Positions 27,717 to 40,533 of a DNA stretch of 64,000 nucleotides are shown here, in pieces. The notes under the pieces are model-generated. The model did not search any database and was not told the DNA's origin. It saw only the letters and a program-made list of their open reading frames with translations. Where the stretch lies: the NCBI GenBank assembly GCA_013265495.1, contig MU058257.1, positions 1,257,262 through 1,321,261 on the forward strand, read 5' to 3'. This stretch comes from Vicugna vicugna (taxonomy: Eukaryota). The first letter of the stretch is position 1. The number at the start of each line of letters is the position of its first letter. The position numbers were made by a program, and so were the translations under genes.

Positions 27717-30700
27717 TTTTTTTATTGAAATATAGTTGATTTACAACGTTGTGCTAGTTTTAGATGTACAGCAAAGTGATTCAGTTATATGTGAATATAT
27801 ATGTTCTTTTTCAGATTCTTTTCCATTATATGTCATTACAAGATACTGAATATAATTGCCTGTGTTATGCAGTGGGCCCTTGTAGTTTGTCTATTTTGTA
27901 TATAATAGTGTGTATATGTTAATTCCAAAATCCTGATTTATCCCTCCTCCCACCCCTCTCCCCTTTGGTAACCATAGTTTGCTTTCTATGTTTGTGAGTC
28001 TATTCCCAGATTGTAAATAAGTTCATTTGTGTCATTTCTTGAGACTCCACATATAAGTAATATCATATGATATTTGTCTTTCTTTGACTCAATTCACTTA
28101 ATACCCTCTAGTCCATCCATGTTGCTGCAAATGGCATTATTTTATTCTTTTTTGTGGCTGAGTAATATTCCAATGTGTATATATACCACATCTTTCTTAT
28201 CCAGTCATCTGTGGAGGGACATTTAGGTTGCTTCCATGTCTTGGCTGTTGTAAATAGTGCTGCTATGAACATTGGGGTGCATGCATTTTTTTCAAGTTAG
28301 AGTTTTCTCTAGATATATGCCCAGGAATGGGATTGCTGGTAACTCTATTTAAGGGGATTTTTGGAGGGGTGGTAATTAGGTTTATGTATTTATTTATTTA
28401 TTTATTTATTTTTATGAAGGTACTGGGGACTGAATCCAGGACCTTGTGCATGCTAAGCATGCACTCTACCACTGAGCTAGACCCTCTACCCAACTTTTAG
28501 TTTTTTAAGGAATTTCCATACTGTTTTCCATAGTGGCTGCACCAATTTACATTCCCACCAACAGTGTAGGAGGGTTCCCTTTTCTCCACACCCTCTGCAG
28601 CATTTATCGTTTGTGGACTTTTGAATGATGGCCATTCTGACTGGTGTGAGGTGGTACCTAAGTGTAGTTTTGATTTGCATTTCTCTGATAATTAGTGACA
28701 TTGAACTTGTTTTTATGTGCCTGTAGGCCATCTGTATGTCTTCTTTGGAGAAATGTTTATTTAGGTCTTCTGTCCATTTTTAATTCAGTTATTTTTTGAA
28801 CTAATTCAGTTGTTTGAGCTGTTTGTATATTTTGGATATTAATCCCTTGTTGAGCCCATCAGGCAGATTTTTTTTTTTATCATTTTGAAGGTTGTCTTTT
28901 CATTTTATTTATGGTTTCCTTTGCTGTCCAAAAGTGTTTAAGTTTAATTAGGTCCCATTTTCTTATTTTTCCTTTTATTTCCATTACCCTAAGAGATGGA
29001 TTGAAGAAAACATATTGCTGCAATTTACGTCACAGAGTGTCCTGCCTGCGTTTTCCTTTGGGGGTTTTAGAGTGTCCAGTCTTAAATCTAGATCTTTAAT
29101 CCATTTTGAGTTGATTTTTGTAGATGGTATTAGAGAATGTTCTAATTTCATTTTTTTTACATGTAGCTGTCCAGTTTTCTGAGCACCAATTATTGAAGAG
29201 ACTGTCTTTTCTCCATTGTATATGCTTACCTCCTTTGTTGTAGACTAATTGACCATAAGTGTGTGGGTTTATTTCCCTCCGGACTTTCTAGCCTGTTCCA
29301 TTGTGTCTGGGTTTGTGCCAGTACCATACTGTTCTGATTACTGTAGCTTTGCAGTATAGTCTGAGGTCAGGGAACATGATGCCTCTAGCTCTATTCTTCT
29401 TTCTCAAGATTATTTTGGCTACTCAGGGTCTTTTGTGTTTCCATACAAATTTTAAAACTTTCTGTTCCAGTTGTTTGACAAATGCCATTAGTTATTTAAT
29501 AGAGATTGCATTGAACCTGTATATTGCTGTGGGTAGTATGGCCATTTTAACAATATTGATTCTTCCAATCCAAGAACATGGTATACCTTTCCATCTGTTC
29601 ATGTTGTCTTCAATTTCTCTCATCAGTGTCTTATAGTTTTCAGAGTACAGGTCTTTTGCCTTCATAGGGAGGTTTATTCCTAGGTATTTTATTCTTTTTC
29701 ATGCAATGGTAAATGGGATTGTTTCCTTAATTCTCTTTTTGATATTTTGTTGATAGTGTATAGAAATGCAACAGATTTCTATACCTTAATTTTGTATCCT
29801 GCAACTTTTCCAAATTTGTTGTTGAAGTCTAGTAGCTTTCTGGTAGCACCTTTTGAATTTTCTATGTACAGTATCATGTCATCCACAGTGACCATTTTAC
29901 TTCCTCTTTTCCAATTTAGATCCCTTTTATTTCCTTTTCTTTGGTGTTGTGGCTAGGACTTCCAATACTATGTTCAATCAAAGTGGTGAGAGTGGGCATC
30001 CTTGTCATCCTTCTGATCTTAAATGAAATGCTTTCAACTATTCACTGCTGAGTATGATGTTAGCTGTGGGTTCGTCATATACAGCCTTTGTTATATTAAG
30101 GTGTATTCCCTCTAGGCCCACTTTCTGGAGAGTTTTTACCATAAATGGATGTTGAATTTTATCAAAAGCTTTTTCTGCATCTATTGAGATGATCATACGG
30201 TCTTTATTTTTCAGTTTGTTAATGTGTATATCACATTGATTTGTGGATATTAAAAAATTGTTGCATCCTTGGGATAAATCCCACTTTATATGGTGTATAA
30301 TCCTTTTAACATATTGTTGGAGTTGGTTTGCTAGTATTTTGTTGATTTTGCATCTGTGTTCATCAGTGATATTGGACTGTGATTGTGTGTGTGTGAGATA
30401 TCTTTGTCTGGTTTTAGTATCAGGGTGATGGTGGCCTCATAGAATGAGTTTGGAAGTGTTCCTTCCTCTGCAGTTTTTTGGAATAGTTTCAGAAGGATAG
30501 GTTTTAACTCCTCTGTAAACGTTTGGTAGAACTCACCTGTGAAGCCAGCTGGTCCTGGACTTTTGGGTTTTCTGAGTTTTTAAATTACCGATTCAATTTC
30601 AGTGCTGGTAATCGGTCTGTTCATATTTTCTATTTCTTCCTGGTTCAGTCTTGGGCGGTTGTGCCTAAGAATTTTTTCATTTCTTCCAGCTTGTCCACTT

Positions 30701-32512
30701 TCTTGGCATACAGTTGCTCATAGCAGCCTCCTATGATCCTTTGCATTTCTCTAGTGTCAGTTGTAACTTCTTTTTTGTTTCTGATTTTACTGATTTGGGC
30801 TCTCTCCCTTTCTTTCTGGATAAGTCTGGCTAACAGCTCATCAATTTTGTTTCTCCATTCAGAGAACCAGCTTTTAGTTTAACTGATCTTTTCTATTTTT
30901 TTAAGCCAATTTCATTTATTTCTGCTTCAATCTTTATGATTTCTTTTCTTCTCGAATATTTTCTCAGGCCCCCTCTCTCTTCGCCTCTGGGGCCCCTACA
31001 GTGTGAATATTGGTGCACCTGATGTTGGCCCAGAGGCCTCGTAAACTCCTCATTTCTTTTCATTCATTCTTCTTTTTTCTGTTCTGTGGTAGTGATTCCC
31101 GCTACTGTGTCTTCTAGGTCACTGATCTGTTCTTCCCATTTAGTCTACTATTGGTTCTTTCTAGTGTAGTTTTCATTTCAGGTATTGTAGTCTTCAACTC
31201 CGTTTCATTGTTCTTTATGTTTTCTAATTTTTTGTTAAAGACTTCTAAGTTCTCACTCGGTGCATCCATTCTCCTCCCAAGTTCTCTGATCAGCTTTACA
31301 GTCATGACTCTGAAGTCTTTCCTGGGTAGACTGCCTGTCTTCACATCACTTAGCTCTTCTTGGATTTTATCTTGTTCCTTTGTCTGGAACATACTCCTTT
31401 GCTGCCTCATTTTATCTACATCTCTATTTGTATTTTTAAGCACGTAGTAGGTTAGTTATGTTTCTCATCCTTGGAGACGTGGTCCTCTGTAGGAGACATC
31501 CTATGCATCCCAGCATGGCATGCACCTCTCATCACTCAAGAGCCAGGGGGCCAGCTGGTCCCAGGGTAGCGGGCCTGGCTTGCATTTACCTGGATTCGGT
31601 CACACAGGCTGTGGTGTCGTAGTTTTCTTGCTTCTGGTGTCTACCCTCGGATGGGTGAGGCTGGTCTAGAAGATTGTGCAGGCTTCCTGGCAGGAGGGGC
31701 CGCTGCCTGCCCACTGGTGGGCGGAGCTGGATCCTGCCCCTCTGGTGGGCAGAGTCCTGTCTAGGGGCACGTCTAGAGGTGACTGTGGGCGCGGGTCCTT
31801 AGGCAGCCCGTCGGCTGATGGGTGGGGCTGTGCTCCCGCGCAGTGCGTGTCTGCCCTGAGGTGTCCCGGCACTGCAGCCCGTATACTCCTGGGTGGGACC
31901 ACATCTTGGTGCTAATGACACAAGCAAGATTTCAGCCTCCAGGGGAGCTCCTGCAGATGAACACCCTAGCTTTTATGTCCTCAGGCTGAGCCACAGCTGC
32001 CCCCACCTCCCCAGGAGACCCTCCAAGACCAGTAGGCAGGCTTGTCCCAGGTTCCTAGGAAGTTACTGCTTTTGCCTTTGGACTCAGTGCATGTGAGATT
32101 TTGGGGTGCACCCTTCAAGAGTGAAGTCACTGTTTCCCCTCATCCTGTGGGGCTCCTGCAGGGTAGCCCCGTGGGCCATTGAAGCCAAATGCTCTGGGGC
32201 TTGTCTTCCTGGTGTCAGTTCCCCAGGCGGGGGAGCTTGACACAGGGCTCAGGACTCCCACCAAGGACCTCTCCAATATGATGAGTCTCCGGTTTGTGAG
32301 TGGGTCGCTCCCACGGAGGGTGTGGAATTTGATGATACCATGAGTGTGCCCCTCCTGTCGTCTCATTGTGGTCCCTCCTTCATATCTTTAGATGTAGAAG
32401 ACCTTTTTTGGCAGGTTCCTGGCTTTTCAGTCGATGGTTGTTCAGCACTTGGTTGTGATTTTGTTGTGTTTGTGAGAAGAGGGGAGCTCAGGGTCCTTCT
32501 ACTCCACCTTCT
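27717..32512 (-). mobile_element. L1 with 5' UTR, ORF1 N-terminal half, internal deletion, decayed ORF2 RT/C-terminus and 3' UTR, inserted in provirus B
   Basis: ORF1-like coiled-coil relic at 31114-31443; ORF2 relics (e.g. [20 protein letters not shown]...[16 protein letters not shown]); T-rich tail at 27717. Confidence 0.9.
28352..28491 (-). mobile_element. tRNA-derived SINE (Vic-1-like) nested in the L1 inside provirus B
   Basis: ggggactgaatccaggaccttgtgcatgctaagcatgcactctaccactgagcta interrupts L1 ORF2 sequence. Confidence 0.85.
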
Positions 32513-33470
32513 CAAGCCAATCCTTGAGCTGAACTCTTGAAGGATGAGAAAACAGTGTACGATATGATGATAAATTTTTCAACACTGCATGTGAAAGTGG
32601 CTCTTCCCCAGCTCCTACAGGCTGCCTAAATTTCTTGGCTCCTGGCCTCCTTCTTCCTACTGTGACACTCTCTCTGTTTTATTAATTCAACTGTTTACCA
32701 AATGTTTGTCTCCCTATCAGTATAGGAAGTTATCCTTTTGCTTGTAACCACACTGTTGCCCCTAATGTTGGTTAGGAAGAGAAGCCTCTGTTGGAATTGT
32801 CACAGAGCATAACTACTCATGATGTACAACGACGCTTGCTCTGGGTCTGTTGCTAAAAGCACATGTGTGACACTTGTGACACACAACTGGGTACAAGTGA
32901 TAAAATGTATGGCCAATAATGTGGTTCCCAAGTAACATACCTCTGAGCCAGCCGTGATATCTGATTAGTTTTCCCCAAACATGGATTACGTGGCAAATAC
33001 AAAGGAGGCCTCGCATGGAGGGTCATGACCTCCTGGGGCAGAAGCCATCTTCCCAGCATCGATATTTTGATCGTCAGTGCTTTCTGCTGAAAGACTTGCA
33101 ATCAAAAGGGGGAAATTATGGAAAAATCTGCATGCATTAAGGTATGGAGAAGTCATTCTGGCTTATGCGTTTTTTGACTTAAACTTTACTGACCAGAGCA
33201 GCCTGTTTTATGGCCTTTTGGTCATGCATTGTCCATCTGCTTTGGCCTTGAGGAGGAGAATGCATTTGAGAGTCAGAACGGAGGAGCTGTGGTTCAGACA
33301 TCAAGGTAAACCTGAGTGGCCATGGTGGACGTGATTTCAGGCACATCCTTGTATTGTTGAGAACTCCAATTTTCTGAGCTGCGTCATACTCGGGAGGCCC
33401 CCAGCCTTTCTCAGAACAGTGTCTACTGGCAGAGGGTAGCTGCAACCTTATGACCTCAAGGTCTCCTCTT

Positions 33471-33615
33471 ACAACTATCAAATGTTTAGAAAATAAAATT
33501 GCTTTAGATCAGATGACAACTATCAAATTTTTAGAAAATAAAATTGCTTTAGATCAGATGTTAGCAGAGAAGAGGAAACATATGTAGTGGCCAAAAGCTC
33601 CTGTTGTATATGTTT
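33471..33615 (+). pseudogene. Retroviral env TM relic: immunosuppressive domain LENKIALDQMLAEK followed, after a frameshift, by YVVAKSSCC (decayed CX6CC)
   Basis: Manual translation matches the gamma-type TM pattern of an ISD followed by CX6CC, at the expected position upstream of the PPT and 3' LTR. Confidence 0.75.
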
Positions 33616-36600
33616 GATACCACATCAAAAGTTAAAACCTACTCAGATAAAAGCCGACAGCTGGCTGCCTGGCTACAAGTCCCCCCCACCACCACCACCA
33701 CGTGCCAGGTCCAGACTGGTTTTCCGGCTTGTTCTCCTGAATTCCTCAGGGAGTGAGACCTTAATCAGACAGTGCTCGCATCCAGGACTTGGAACTCGGG
33801 AATATGTCCACCTCGGTGTCCTGCAAACTGACGCAGGACCGCACCCTGTGTCCGCAGGAAGCAGCCAGAGTGGTCATCACCCTGTTCCCTGAAAGACGTG
33901 GGGAGGATGAAACAGGACTGGAGGTTGAAACCGGGTTCCTCTGCCAAGTCATGATGCACCTCTCTACCCAAAATATTAGCCCCTCCTTGTCCTGTACCTG
34001 TTCTCCTCCAGACTGAGGAGCATCAGAGAAAGGGGGGGATTGTGACCCAGCAGGACCCTGTGGGGCCTTCCCAGGACAGCCCCCCCCCACCAGGTCCTCT
34101 GTGGTAGCTCCTCTCTGTAGGACCCAGATAATAGTATCTTATGCAGATTTCCTGAGTTTCTCAGATGCTAAATCCACTGCCCAATGGAAGAAATAAACTA
34201 CTTAATGACCATGAGCACATGGCTCCTGACCTTCTGAAGCCTAAGGAGTGATCACCATCAACCAACCAGAACAGCGCACAGCTGGTCACAGACCCTGGGA
34301 CGCCCCTGCCTCAACCGGCCTTTAAAAAGGCTCAGCTGAAACCCTTCAGGGAGTTTGGGGTTTGGGGGGCACGAGCCACCATTCTCCGTGCTCTGCCCAG
34401 CCCCCATTGTTTCTCTGCTCCACACCCCAATGTTTGTGTCTGTCTGGCCTCGTTGTGCCTTGGGCAAACAAACCTGAGTTTGGTACCAATGTTCCTTCAT
34501 TTTCTTCATGCCAGCTACCGCCCTCTGACTGTTACAAGCTGTCTGCCATTGGAATATAGGGCTGTGTCCCTTGCTGACATGTCCCCAGCACAGCACTTGG
34601 CACACAGCGGGGGCTACAGACCAGTGAGCGAATGAATGAATATGATGGTAATTTTTCCTAAACCAACTCCACATTCCACATTGTCCATTTCAGGCCGTGT
34701 AAAGTGGCATCTTCTCTTAAAAAATCAATATTGGCCATCTTCACAGTCTGACAATTACCTCAAACAGAACACACAAACAGGATACCCAGGCCTTTCAATT
34801 AATCCAGAGGGAACTCTAAAAGGACTTGAGAGAGGCCGCAGAAGAGACTCACACAGTGTGCACAGCAACCAGGCGGAGCTCGGCAGTCCCTGCTGCGCCG
34901 TCCCTGACGAGCAGGCAGGGCACTTCCTGGCTTACGGGAAGGAGGGCTGGAGCCAAGGGAAGTGCTCGCTCAGCTGGATTAGCTGTTGGAAACTCGTCTC
35001 CTTGGCCAGCCGGCTCTTCCAGACGCGAGTCTGTGGCTGGGTATGCTTCTCCTCCAGGGGCTCGGTGGGGGAGGAGCAGGCCCCGGAGTGCCAGCTGCTG
35101 GCTCCTGCCTCCCAGCCTGCAGCCGGTTTAGAGGAGCCGCCGGGCCAGTGAAGCTGCGGGCAAACCCCAGAGGGCCTCCCGGAGAGGCGTCCATCCTCCT
35201 GAGCCGCCTGACTCTGCCCGCCGCCCTGTAGCACCCCTAGTAACCACCCGCATTTCTCTCCAAGATTCTGTGACCATGTTTGATTAGGATCTTGAGTGAA
35301 ATAAGCCACTCCTTTCGTTGGAAATGTCCCAGAGCTAAAAGTTTCTTTCTATGCGTAATTAATATTCTGCCTCTTTGGAGATAAACGTTATCTATCCAAC
35401 CCTGGAAATGGATCGGTCCTCCTTGGCTATGAGTATGTCATCTCTTTACCAAAAGGGAAATAAAACACAAAGAAAAATGATAGGTAAAGAGAGACTTCTC
35501 CCTAAAAAGGATTTACATTTTTATTCCAACGTGAACAGCTTAAGAATGTTTTTAATGCCTGTCCACCTTGAAGCCCGCCGCAAATGTCTTACAACATTTT
35601 GTAACAGGCTTTTCCCATCTGTGCTGAAAACAGCCCATGATTTAATGCAAATTGTTATTGTGTTTTTGCACAATCTCCCAGAGATCTTTTCTATTTGGGA
35701 TCAGCATTTGGGGTCTTTTTTGCATCTGCTTCAGAAACTCGCCTGCCAGGACTGGATTTCTGCCGGGGCCCCTCTGACCTCCTGCTTTTACCAGGCTGCC
35801 GACACTACTCATATTTTTTTTAAAAGTCAATATCTTTAATCTCATAGGACTCTTGCTCTTCTCAACATTAAAACCTGGCTTAGGAATGAATACCTTCTGG
35901 TCTAAGAGATTTAAATAGTGAAGTAAAGGATCCAAAGCGCAGAACAGCGGTTACCAACAAGGGACCCGGTGGGGGCTGCAGATCCGCTTGGATCCCTGGC
36001 GGTGTCTGTTTCAAAGTGCACTTTTGGACTAAGGTAAACCATTATATAAGCATTATATCACACAATGTATATATGTATACATATGGAATTTTTAAATGTA
36101 CGCCAATAGTATTATGGTTAAGAAAATTTATTTTGAGGGCAAAGCTGATTTCATAACTCTTTGTGCATTACAGTGTGTTTATTTTCCCAATCAGTGAATT
36201 GCCATCAAGTAAGGAATTTTAAACTGTTAAAAACAAAACCCTTTCCTTTTGGTGACACCCTTAAAACCCCAAAGGTTCAGGACAGTGGGTGTTGTGTTCC
36301 AGTCGGGCTGTTCACCAACCAGCAAGACACAAACTCTGGGAGTCCCAGTTCCCTCATGTGTAAAATCGGACGCTCATTTCTCTAGCCTGCCTCACAGGGT
36401 TTGGAGATGCAGAAGAAGATGTTGTAAAGCCCTGCATGTGTAAGTCACCCAAGTAACGTGGGAGCTGGGCCGCCAGGCACGCTGGTCGCTGGTTTAGATC
36501 TTGCAGAGACGCTTTGCTTGCTCAGAGGGTGAGCTCCTTGGACCCTGATGGGAGGCAACCTATGCAGATCACATCAAGGAAGACTTGGAAACAGAGTTTC

Positions 36601-38654
36601 AAGTCAGGACACGAGCAGGACAAATTCACCGTGAGGCCCCACAAGGCAAGCTCAAAGGTTTGTGTTATTTCAAAATACCCAGCATGCAGGCCAGCCCTCC
36701 TCTGCCCCCGCCTTGGGTTGTCAAGCTAATGTTTCCTCTCCCATCTCACCCCAACAGAAACAACCCCAGACAACGAGGGCCAAGTAAAACCAAGTCAGAT
36801 ATGAACCGAGCCCTGGAACCAGGTCATTAGCCAAGGTCACGACGGGTTGAGAACTTCGGACTGCTTCTTCCCCTGCCTTGCCAGCAATTTTTGGCTCTTC
36901 CCCCATGGTGCGTGCAGTTGGCTGGGCCCTGAGCCACGTGAGATTGTTTTTAATGGCAAAATCTTCAAAGTTGTGCTTAAAATATTTCCATCATGAAATC
37001 CCCTGTAGAAGCCAAACTCCAGTTTCAGAAGGCGCCTCCCAGCAATGCAGCAATGTGCGTTCAGAGATGGGAGAGGGGCTCCCAGCCCAGCATCACCTTC
37101 CAGCCGCCGCGCTGTCACCACGTGGGTGACACCCTGCAGGAGACTCAGGCCATCACAGACATCGGGGCTGTGCAGGGGTGGGGACACACGCCAAATGACT
37201 TTCCCAAGCCAACAACAGTGTCGGGTGATTCGGCAGTTAGTTGAGCAAAAAAGCCTGTTTTTCACACATTTAATTGATCCTGTGAGCAAATAAGTTGTTA
37301 GAGATGAAAGATGAGTAATGTTTTCCCCTCGCCGTGGGACGCCTTTGTCCTTGTTTCTTGCACTTTTCTCCTGGGTCCAGTGTTAAATAGACACGTCTGG
37401 GGAGGGACAGGCTAATGCATGGATAACTCGCTTTAGAAAGTTAAAAATGAGAAAATAAAAACTCATGTAAATTAAAACTCAGAAAGGAAAAAAAAAACTC
37501 ACAAGGAAAGGTGATTCTCCTCTTTAGCAAAGATGTTTCATCTTATTTGATCCATGATGGACTGTTTTATAAAAATGAAATTCTCCACTATGGGGTTTGA
37601 CATAAAAACACTAAATTTATGGACAGGGGACCCTGGCAGATTTTTTACTTTGCTGAACAGAATGTGAAAGCTGTCGGACAAGGAGGCAGGGGAAGATGTA
37701 TGTGGGCTGGGAAGATGATGAATTTTGGAGGGAACAAGCCATCTAATGGGAAAATAAGTTCCTTCTATGAGGAGTGCAAGATAATTGTCCCTGCTTTTCC
37801 CCGTGAAATCTTAAGTAAAATGTCAGTTTCTTATTTAAAAAAAAAAAAAAAGCTTATGCTCAGAATCACAACCCTCATCCTCCACACATTAAAAAAAAGT
37901 CAATTTAATTCAACCAGCTTTGATCTAATCATTACTCAGAGCTGACAGTGGTTTTCCATTAAAATATCTCCATCACTCTCAGTTTCTGACCTGTGAACAT
38001 TCTTATTAGCTGCCTTATTAAGATGATATCCTGTCTCTGAAGTAAGAAAAGAAGATTATCTCCTTACCTGACATGTCATTGTCAGAGTAATCTTGTTTAA
38101 AAAAAAAAAAAGCCCCGTTAACAGACACCTGAATTTATGATATGCCGTATCCCAGGAGGACGTCCCTGATGGGACAGGCTTGGAGGGACTTGACCTCCTT
38201 GGCCATGACTAGCAAACAAACCCAGAAACCAACCCCCACCTGCTTCATCCTGGGTTGGTTTACACTGGAGGCAAGACCTGGGTTTTAAGGACTCAAAGGA
38301 TGAAATGAGAGACACGTGAAAACGACCAGACAGGTGCAGAGCTGTGTGTACATTTCACATGTGCTCCGTGCACCTGTGGTGCGCGTGTGCAAACACATCT
38401 ACCTTCTCATGAAAATGGAGGACGGGGAGCAGTCAGTAGATGACTATCCTTTTGGGGTAAATCATGCGGACTGAGACGCCTCGGGGCCCCTGCTCTCCCC
38501 TGGCCTCGTGTGCAGACTCACGGTGCTGGTGGACTGTGCTGAAGCACATTGCCGACCAAGTGGTCAGCTCTCTGGGCCTATTTTCTGCCCCCTTTCAAAA
38601 AGGCTCTGCAATAAAACCAACTGCACCCACTTGACTATAAACAAAGTTCATTTG

Positions 38655-38788
38655 TCATGTGTAACTGAAAAGTTGTGCTCTACACGGGAATTTGACACAA
38701 CATTGTAAACTGACTATAACTCAATAAAAAATGTTAAAAATAAGTAAATTTAAAAAAGGACTTCTAATTCTCAAAAAAACAAAAACAA
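38655..38788 (+). mobile_element. Very short L1 3' end insertion with 16-bp TSD
   Basis: ttgacacaacattgtaaactgactataactcAATAAA; TSD aaacaaagttcatttg (38639-38654) / aaacaaaattcatttg (38789-38804). Confidence 0.85.
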
Positions 38789-39169
38789 AAACAAAATTCA
38801 TTTGGTTTACTGTCTGAGTCAATAGATTTGACTTCCTTGGCAGAAAACCTGAGAATCCCAGGTCCCTCTCTCCTTCCTTTTAGTGACACAGCCTGTGAAC
38901 CACAGGATGCTGTCCCCTCGGAGCTGTCCTTGGTCTAAAGGACCACGAGGTGGGGAGGTGGGTGTGGTGCTTAAATTATGTAGAATAATTTAACACATTA
39001 TATTAATATAAATTAATATATAATAATAAATACATTAAACATAAATTATATAATAAATATATATAATATTAAGACACCTACATTACATAACGCTATCTTT
39101 GTAATTTGTAGTTCCATGTAAATATTTCTCAGACTCCGCATAGTCCTAATGGGCTAAGGGGGGCAGTAA

Positions 39170-39876
39170 TGTAACAGGGGGACCGCCTTTTCCGAGGGGC
39201 AGTTGAGTTACTCCATTCAACTCAGCTCTGCGAGGGCCTTGGGGTTGCCACCTGCCCCCTTTCATGACCTGGGACTTCTCCCCATAGACGTGCTCTTCCA
39301 GTGGTCCCGGCAGGTCCTGGTGGAATGTTCTGGAGCAGAGGCCAGTCCATGTGACAGGATTGCTTGGTTGGCTATCTTCTCACTTCTCTGCTGACCCCAT
39401 CTATTTCTACCCCTCCGGGCGGCTCAGACTGTCAGTTTGAATCTACAAATCCTCTGTGATCTGAGCCCCCGTGACACTCACTCTTGCCTCCCCTGCTCTG
39501 CTTCTCACTGTCAGCTGGGATAAACAGCCTGTGAGTCTCGGCATTTGCGACGGGCCTCCTGGTCAGTGAGAAAATTAACAAATCTGTCCACCTTCGCTTC
39601 TCTGCCTCCCCACACCCTGTAGGCATGTAAGAGCTGAAGACGTGTTATCTCCTTGGCTTGCCGTACACGTCTCGTTACTAATCCTGAGGTGACAGAATCT
39701 GGATTTAGTGGCAGGATGAGGGTTGCTATGACAATCAGTGACGCTCGGCCCTCCACAGGAGGGCATTTTGGACACGTCTTGGCAAAGACTGCCCTCTGGG
39801 TGGGGACCATGACCATAACTGTGCACCAGACCCACCCAGGGATGCAGTACCCTTTATGCCTTCAAAGCACCGCACA
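39170..39876 (-). mobile_element. Possible ancient solo LTR (MER77/MER21-like)
   Basis: TG...CA-bounded ~700-bp segment whose minus-strand start resembles a recalled ERVL-type LTR; family uncertain. Confidence 0.4.
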
Positions 39877-40387
39877 GATGTTAACGAGTGTCCCTCTGGG
39901 GGAAAGAGCAAAGCTTCAGTGTATAATCTGGGAAGAGCCAAGTGATGATAGTGTGCAAATATCAATGAGCAAGTCAGAGCCAGGCTAGTTTGGAAGCGGA
40001 TTTGAACTTGGGCTTTTCTTTGGGCTCAAGGTGCACATGGCTAGGACTCAGCCGGGATGTTCGGCTTATGAAATAGTCCACAGGGAGCAACGGGCAGCCA
40101 TGGAAATGCCACATCACTCCCTGTGTGATTGTTCCTTCATTTATTCTAGTGTATCGGCTCCTTCGTTCAGCATTTCCCGGCTGCCGCGGGCGGCCTGGGG
40201 CTCCCAGTAGGCCCCTCAGTCAGGCCCTTCTCTCCTTTCTGTCCCCTCTCTCCTCAGGTGCTCCAGTAAACAATCGCCCATTTCCGTGTTGGTACACAGA
40301 AACGAGGACTCTTTCAACTTCTCTAAATATGGACCAAAAAAAATCACATCTGCTAATAGACAAAAAAAAAAAAAAAAAAAAAAAAAA

Positions 40388-40533
40388 NNNNNNNNNNNNN
40401 NNNNNNNNNNNNNNNNNNNNNNNNNNNNNNNNNNNNNNNNNNNNNNNNNNNNNNNNNNNNNNNNNNNNNNNNNNNNNNNNNNNNNNNNNNNNNNNNNNNN
40501 NNNNNNNNNNNNNNNNNNNNNNNNNNNNNNNNN
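40388..40533. other. Assembly gap (146 N) flanked by A26 and A22
   Basis: Run of N in the sequence. Confidence 1.

Larger units (their letters stand above)
24168..34488 (+). mobile_element. Decayed ERV1-class provirus B: 5' LTR 24168-24601, PBS, leader, AT-rich non-coding internal region, L1 insertion, env TM relic, PPT 34025-34040, 3' LTR 34041-34488
   Basis: Two homologous ~440-bp direct repeats; PBS after the first; polypurine tract agagaaagggggggat directly before the second; no gag/pol ORF seen. Confidence 0.8.

Noticed and set aside
33471..33892. Possible domesticated env (syncytin-like) gene
   Set aside because: Frameshift and stop right after the ISD, first Cys of CX6CC lost, no long ORF.
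35375..35839. 154-aa ORF in AT-rich DNA
   Set aside because: Non-ATG start, no recognisable homology, no supporting splice context.
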